NCBI GenBank assembly: GCA_963727805.1
Contig: CAVSHF010000003.1
Location: 32,001-96,000, forward strand
Direction of reading: 5' to 3'
From: an uncultured Nitrospiraceae bacterium
GTDB lineage: Bacteria; Nitrospirota; Thermodesulfovibrionia; Thermodesulfovibrionales; Dissulfurispiraceae
Length of the DNA stretch: 64,000 bases
The translations under genes were made by a program, and so were the position numbers. The notes beneath the pieces are model-generated. The model was not told where the DNA came from. It saw only the letters and a program-made list of their open reading frames with translations, and did no database searches. This document shows positions 61,907 through 64,000 of this stretch, one piece after another (position 1 is the first letter of the stretch; every line of letters starts with the position of its first letter).

Positions 61907-62986
61907 ATGAGCACAGTTACGAAGAAAATGTCCTTTCTTGACCGCTTTCTAACCCTATGGATATTTGCAGCGATGATCCTGGGTGTCGGCATCGGTTATT
62001 TCATCCCCGGTGTGGAGGGACTGATCAACAGCTTTCAGGTCGGCACAACCAATATTCCAATTGCGATCGGCCTGATTCTAATGATGTACCCTCCTCTTGC
62101 GAAGGTGAAATATGAGGAATTGGGGGAGGTATTCAAAAACAAAAAAGTCTTGGGACTTTCCCTTGTGCAGAACTGGATTATCGGTCCGATACTGATGTTT
62201 CTACTGGCGATAATCTTCCTTCAGGATTATCCGGAATATATGGTAGGCCTCATCATGATCGGCCTTGCCAGATGTATTGCCATGGTCATCGTCTGGAACG
62301 ACCTGGCATGCGGAGATCCTGAATACGCCGCCGGACTGGTCGCCTTCAATTCGATCTTTCAGGTGCTCTTCTTCTCGGTCTACGCATATATCTTCATCAC
62401 AGTCCTTCCGTCTTGGTTCGGACTCAAAGGTGCCGTTGTGCATGTGACGATAGGTCAGATAGCAGAAAGCGTCTTTATATACCTCGGCATACCTTTTCTG
62501 GCTGGTATGCTGACCCGGTTCACACTGCTCAGGATCAAGAGTCGACAGTGGTATGAAAGCAAATTCATTCCGAGAATAAGCCCATTTACGCTTATATTCC
62601 TCCTCTTCACAATTATCGTTATGTTTTCGCTAAAGGGAAATTATATTGTCAGACTTCCTATGGATGTGGTTCATATTGCAATACCGCTGCTGATTTATTT
62701 TGTCATCATGTTTCTTGTTTCGTTCTATCTGGGCAGAAAGATAGGGGCGGATTATGCGAAGACCGCGACGCTTTCATTTACCGCGGCTAGCAATAATTTT
62801 GAGCTCGCCATCGCAGTTGCTGTAGCAGTCTTCGGGATAAATTCCGGCGCAGCATTTGCAGCGGTCATAGGGCCTCTCGTCGAAGTACCAGCTCTGATAG
62901 GACTCGTGAATGTAGCCCTCTATTTTCAAAGGAAATATTTTTCGGACCAATTCTGTGGGGTGGCCGACGTTAAGCCTCATTCGTAA
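61907..62986 (+). CDS. acr3: ACR3 arsenite efflux permease
   Basis: [39 protein letters not shown] and GPLVEVP motifs. Confidence 0.97.
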   Translation: MSTVTKKMSFLDRFLTLWIFAAMILGVGIGYFIPGVEGLINSFQVGTTNIPIAIGLILMMYPPLAKVKYEELGEVFKNKKVLGLSLVQNWIIGPILMFLLAIIFLQDYPEYMVGLIMIGLARCIAMVIVWNDLACGDPEYAAGLVAFNSIFQVLFFSVYAYIFITVLPSWFGLKGAVVHVTIGQIAESVFIYLGIPFLAGMLTRFTLLRIKSRQWYESKFIPRISPFTLIFLLFTIIVMFSLKGNYIVRLPMDVVHIAIPLLIYFVIMFLVSFYLGRKIGADYAKTATLSFTAASNNFELAIAVAVAVFGINSGAAFAAVIGPLVEVPALIGLVNVALYFQRKYFSDQFCGVADVKPHS

Positions 62987-63064
62987 CTTAAGACCAGAAC
63001 AAATGATGTGGTTTAAGATCCACATCGAGAAAAAACTGATAACAATACATCCGGGAGGCATGCA

Positions 63065-63541
63065 ATGGAGAAGAGACGTGTGTTGTTTGTATGCATTCAT
63101 AACAGTGCCCGCAGTCAGATGGCACAGGCATTTCTAAACATGTTAGCGGGCGATCGCTTTTTAGCTGAGAGCGCGGGCCTTGAGGCTGGCACATTGAATC
63201 CCCTTGCAATAGAGGCGATGGCCGAGGTCGGCATTGACATCTCAGGGAATACTACTCGGCGAGCGTTCGATTTACTAAAGAGTGGCCAGCGTTACAATTA
63301 TGTGATAACAGTTTGTGATGCAGCTAATTCTCAGAAATGCCCGATATTCCCCAATACCTTGCAATACCTTAACTGGAGTTTTCCTGATCCTGCTCAATTG
63401 CAAGGTACCCATGGGGAGAAAATGAATGAAGTTAGAAAGATTCGCGATGCCATCAAAGAGAAGCTGCAGGCATGGATATCAGCGCCAGAAGAAGATCGCG
63501 GTACCGGAGCAAATATTCCACCTTTTAAGGTCGGAATGTAA
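63065..63541 (+). CDS. arsC: Arsenate reductase (LMW-PTP fold)
   Basis: [14 protein letters not shown]-loop; VCD...KCP redox Cys pair; WSFPDP. Confidence 0.93.
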   Translation: MEKRRVLFVCIHNSARSQMAQAFLNMLAGDRFLAESAGLEAGTLNPLAIEAMAEVGIDISGNTTRRAFDLLKSGQRYNYVITVCDAANSQKCPIFPNTLQYLNWSFPDPAQLQGTHGEKMNEVRKIRDAIKEKLQAWISAPEEDRGTGANIPPFKVGM

Positions 63542-63565
63542 AGTAAGTTATTAATATATACATCT

Positions 63566-64000
63566 ATGGCAGAACTTAAACTTATATCTATCAATAAGAA
63601 GTCATTCAGTGACGCTCCATCTGCGGTTACTACGCCAGGTGCCATTTGAGACGCTAAGGTATGCTGCCCCGGCGGGGCGGATCGTAAAGAGCCATGGATA
63701 GCCGGATTTGTCGAGTCAGACAGCGGCAGCATCCCGCGAGTCTCGACTGACATAACCCGGACGGACAAATGGGAGCACTTGAAGTGTCGGACAAGCTCCT
63801 TCAGAAATAATTATACTGTCATTCCGGGATTGTATGCTGTTGGAAACCCCGACGCTGACTCAGACGTCATAGTTACCGCAAATTACAAATACAGTTTTGA
63901 TGTAGTCCGCGGCGTACTAAAAAGACTCAATCTGTGGATCCTCGTCCTTGATACAAAGGGTATCAATGTCTGGTGTGCTGCTGGTAAGGGGACATTCGGG
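63566..64000 (+). CDS. hgcA: Mercury methylation corrinoid protein HgcA (5' part; in-frame UGA at codon 28)
   Basis: Frame from ATG 63566: MAELKLISINKKSFSDAPSAVTTPGAI-UGA-DAKVCCPGG...PGLYAVGNP...VTANYKYSFD...WILVLDTKGINVWCAAGKGTFG (cap-helix signature); runs off the window. Confidence 0.9.
63650..63680 (+). promoter_or_regulatory. Putative bacterial SECIS element
   Basis: UGA at 63647-63649, 14-nt spacer, then stem CTGCCCC/GGGGCGG with a G-initiated GGC loop 21 nt after the UGA. Confidence 0.55.

Overview
A 64-kb accessory mosaic from an anaerobic Gram-negative bacterium. The gene content resembles Desulfobacterota or Nitrospirota-Thermodesulfovibrionia (inference, not a taxonomic search). 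There are no core housekeeping genes, rRNA, intact tRNA or CRISPR. Mobile elements and scars: four IS elements (two IS3, one intact IS21 with a 7-bp target duplication, one unclassified rve/DDE element); three copies of an integration-site scar ending in the 3' half of tRNA-Glu(CTC), one next to a tyrosine-integrase remnant; two further dispersed repeat families; and many gene fragments. Together these suggest tandem island accretion at a tRNA-Glu hotspot. Cargo: a six-PAS hybrid kinase; a Tat-exported MBL hydrolase under a GEMM-I riboswitch (probably cGAMP-type); a YceI / Tat alpha-hydroxy-acid oxidoreductase / cytochrome c7 / binding-protein operon; a phospholipase C and kumamolisin cluster; two large repeat-rich surface proteins; an ImcH-like and several other multiheme cytochromes; a sulfite-oxidase-family molybdoenzyme; and a TunR-like integrase-fold/TOBE regulator divergent from a TauE/SafE permease. 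At the right edge, arsR / acr3-arsC is followed by the mercury-methylation gene hgcA. The ORF track misses hgcA. It has an in-frame UGA at codon 28 followed by a SECIS-like hairpin, so it is a probable selenocysteine-containing HgcA.
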